This document shows, piece after piece, positions 62,612-64,000 of a stretch of 64,000 nucleotides of DNA. Origin of the DNA: an uncultured Planctomycetota bacterium (GTDB lineage Bacteria > Planctomycetota > Planctomycetia > Pirellulales > PNKZ01); the NCBI GenBank assembly GCA_963708675.1, contig CAVPTO010000003.1, positions 327,749-391,748 on the forward strand. The letters are read 5' to 3'. Made by a program: the position numbers and the translations under genes. Each line of letters opens with the position of its first letter. The first letter of the stretch is position 1. The notes beneath the pieces are model-generated. The model was not told the DNA's origin, did not search any database, and saw nothing but the letters and a program-made list of their open reading frames with translations.

Positions 62612-64000
62612 GCCTTGATCACTTTCACGTACAGCGACGCGCTTTTGCCAGACAGCGAGAGTTCGACAGGATCGACGCCTGGCAACTTGCCGATTGTTAC
62701 TGAATTCGCTAGCGTTTCGGCGGCGATCGCGTCGGCGTAATCACGTACAGCGACGACGATCTCGGGGGCACCGCTGTCGATGGCGACTTCGATGCGATCC
62801 GTATACTCGCAACTGATTTCTTTGCGGCGTGTCTGAACGGAATGCACAATTTCGTTCGCGAAGCCCTCGCCGACGAGTTCCGCGGTGAGCTCCGTCGACA
62901 ACACGACAACGGCCAACGTTCCTTGCGCTGCTGCCCAGCCGGGCTTCGCCTGAAGCCGAACCTGCAAGTCCTGCTCGTCGAGCGTGACGTCGCCGCCGGC
63001 GAGTATCATCGTCACCTGTTTATCGCCCGCCAGACGAGCGAGAAGCGACGCGGCATCTGTCTCTGCGAGTGCCTTCTTCAACGCCGGCAACTGCTTTCCG
63101 AGCCGCGGCCCCAGACGTTTTAGATCAGGCAGCACGGTGTATGTCACGTACTGATCGGCCCGCTCGGCAAATTCGACCACCTTGACGTTGAGCTCCTCGC
63201 GAATCAGATCGACGTGCGTCGCCAACCATTTGCGATGTTCCTGCTTCGCGAGAATGATCTCGACCTTCTCGAGTGGCTGACGCACCTTGAGACCCGCGGT
63301 CGTACGCGCACCACGACCCAACGACACGATCTCGCGCACGAGCTGCATCTCTGCGGCCAGCGACTCGTTGACGATCGACGCTTCGGCCGTTGGATAATCG
63401 GCCATGTGTACGCTCTCGACCGCGCGACCGTCGGTCGCGGCGACGGCGAGGTTTTGCCACAAGGCTTCGGCTAAGAACGGAACGAACGGCGCGACGAGCT
63501 TCGCTGTCGTGAGCAAGCATTCGTACAACGTCCAATAGGCGTCGAGCTTGTCGCGATCGCGTTTGTCTTCGCTCCAAAAGCGATCGCGACTGCGGCGGAC
63601 GTACCAGTTGCTCAAGGCGTCGACCCATTGCGTGATGCGGTCGCACGCGCCGAAGTTGTCGTAAGCGTCCATCGCCTTCACAACGTCACGGACCGTCCGA
63701 TGCACTTCGCTCAGAATCCAGCGATCGAGCTCGCCGCGTTCGGCAGGCGGACGATACGACTTCCCCTTGGCTAGCACATCCGACTTCAAGTCGTCGACTT
63801 TGCCGGTCAACTCGCTGCCGGGATCGAAGCCGTCAATGTTCGCGTAGATCACGAAGAAGCTGTAGACATTCCACAGCCGCAAAAGGAATTCTGGGATGCT
63901 GTCCTTGATCGCTTGTTCGCTGTAGCGAATGCCCGTCCACGGCGGCTGGTTCGCGAAGAAGTACCACCTGAGCGCATCAGCCCCGTAACGATCGAAGATC
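62608..64000 (-). CDS. ileS: isoleucyl-tRNA synthetase (type 2), 3' part; truncated by the window end
   Basis: YGADALRWY, LWNVYSFF, LDRWILS, LSNWYVRRSR.RFW, SVH, KVRQPL, EELNVK, DRI. Confidence 0.95.
   Translation of the reverse strand, partial: IFDRYGADALRWYFFANQPPWTGIRYSEQAIKDSIPEFLLRLWNVYSFFVIYANIDGFDPGSELTGKVDDLKSDVLAKGKSYRPPAERGELDRWILSEVHRTVRDVVKAMDAYDNFGACDRITQWVDALSNWYVRRSRDRFWSEDKRDRDKLDAYWTLYECLLTTAKLVAPFVPFLAEALWQNLAVAATDGRAVESVHMADYPTAEASIVNESLAAEMQLVREIVSLGRGARTTAGLKVRQPLEKVEIILAKQEHRKWLATHVDLIREELNVKVVEFAERADQYVTYTVLPDLKRLGPRLGKQLPALKKALAETDAASLLARLAGDKQVTMILAGGDVTLDEQDLQVRLQAKPGWAAAQGTLAVVVLSTELTAELVGEGFANEIVHSVQTRRKEISCEYTDRIEVAIDSGAPEIVVAVRDYADAIAAETLANSVTIGKLPGVDPVELSLSGKSASLYVKVIKA

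Overview
GC-rich bacterial chromosomal window, very likely from a planctomycete (Pirellulales-like): it has DUF1552/DUF1592 cytochrome genes, an anti-sigma factor with a DUF1559/H-X9-DG domain, and type-2 IleRS. Most of it is housekeeping or accessory: xerD, galE, emrAB, murA-prmC-prfA-rpmE, udgX, sodA, an HtrA protease, oppDF, cinA, a hybrid histidine kinase, mutT, an ECF sigma/anti-sigma pair, a PL6 lyase, purN and ileS. Three things stand out. (1) An ~11 kb, tightly packed 8-gene minus-strand operon (2340-13486) joins a Zn-finger TRAFAC GTPase and a GAP1-N2-type partner to a ~990-aa helical membrane protein, three GYF_2 domains, a vWA protein with TonB-like topology and an ExbB/TolQ + 2x ExbD-like proton motor. 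This is the best candidate for an undescribed system. (2) A complete 3,869-bp IS1-family 'transporter' element (20043-23911) has 19-bp terminal inverted repeats and an 8-bp target duplication, and carries a HigB/HigA-ImmA toxin-antitoxin module plus small passengers; tandem operator-like palindromes abut a leaderless transposase promoter. (3) A compositionally atypical HEPN-like/LamG-like gene, several MITE/REP families and sigma54-type promoters are also present. About eight genes, including essential ones, carry single frameshifts that are probably long-read errors. All domain calls come from visual motif recognition; no database search was run.
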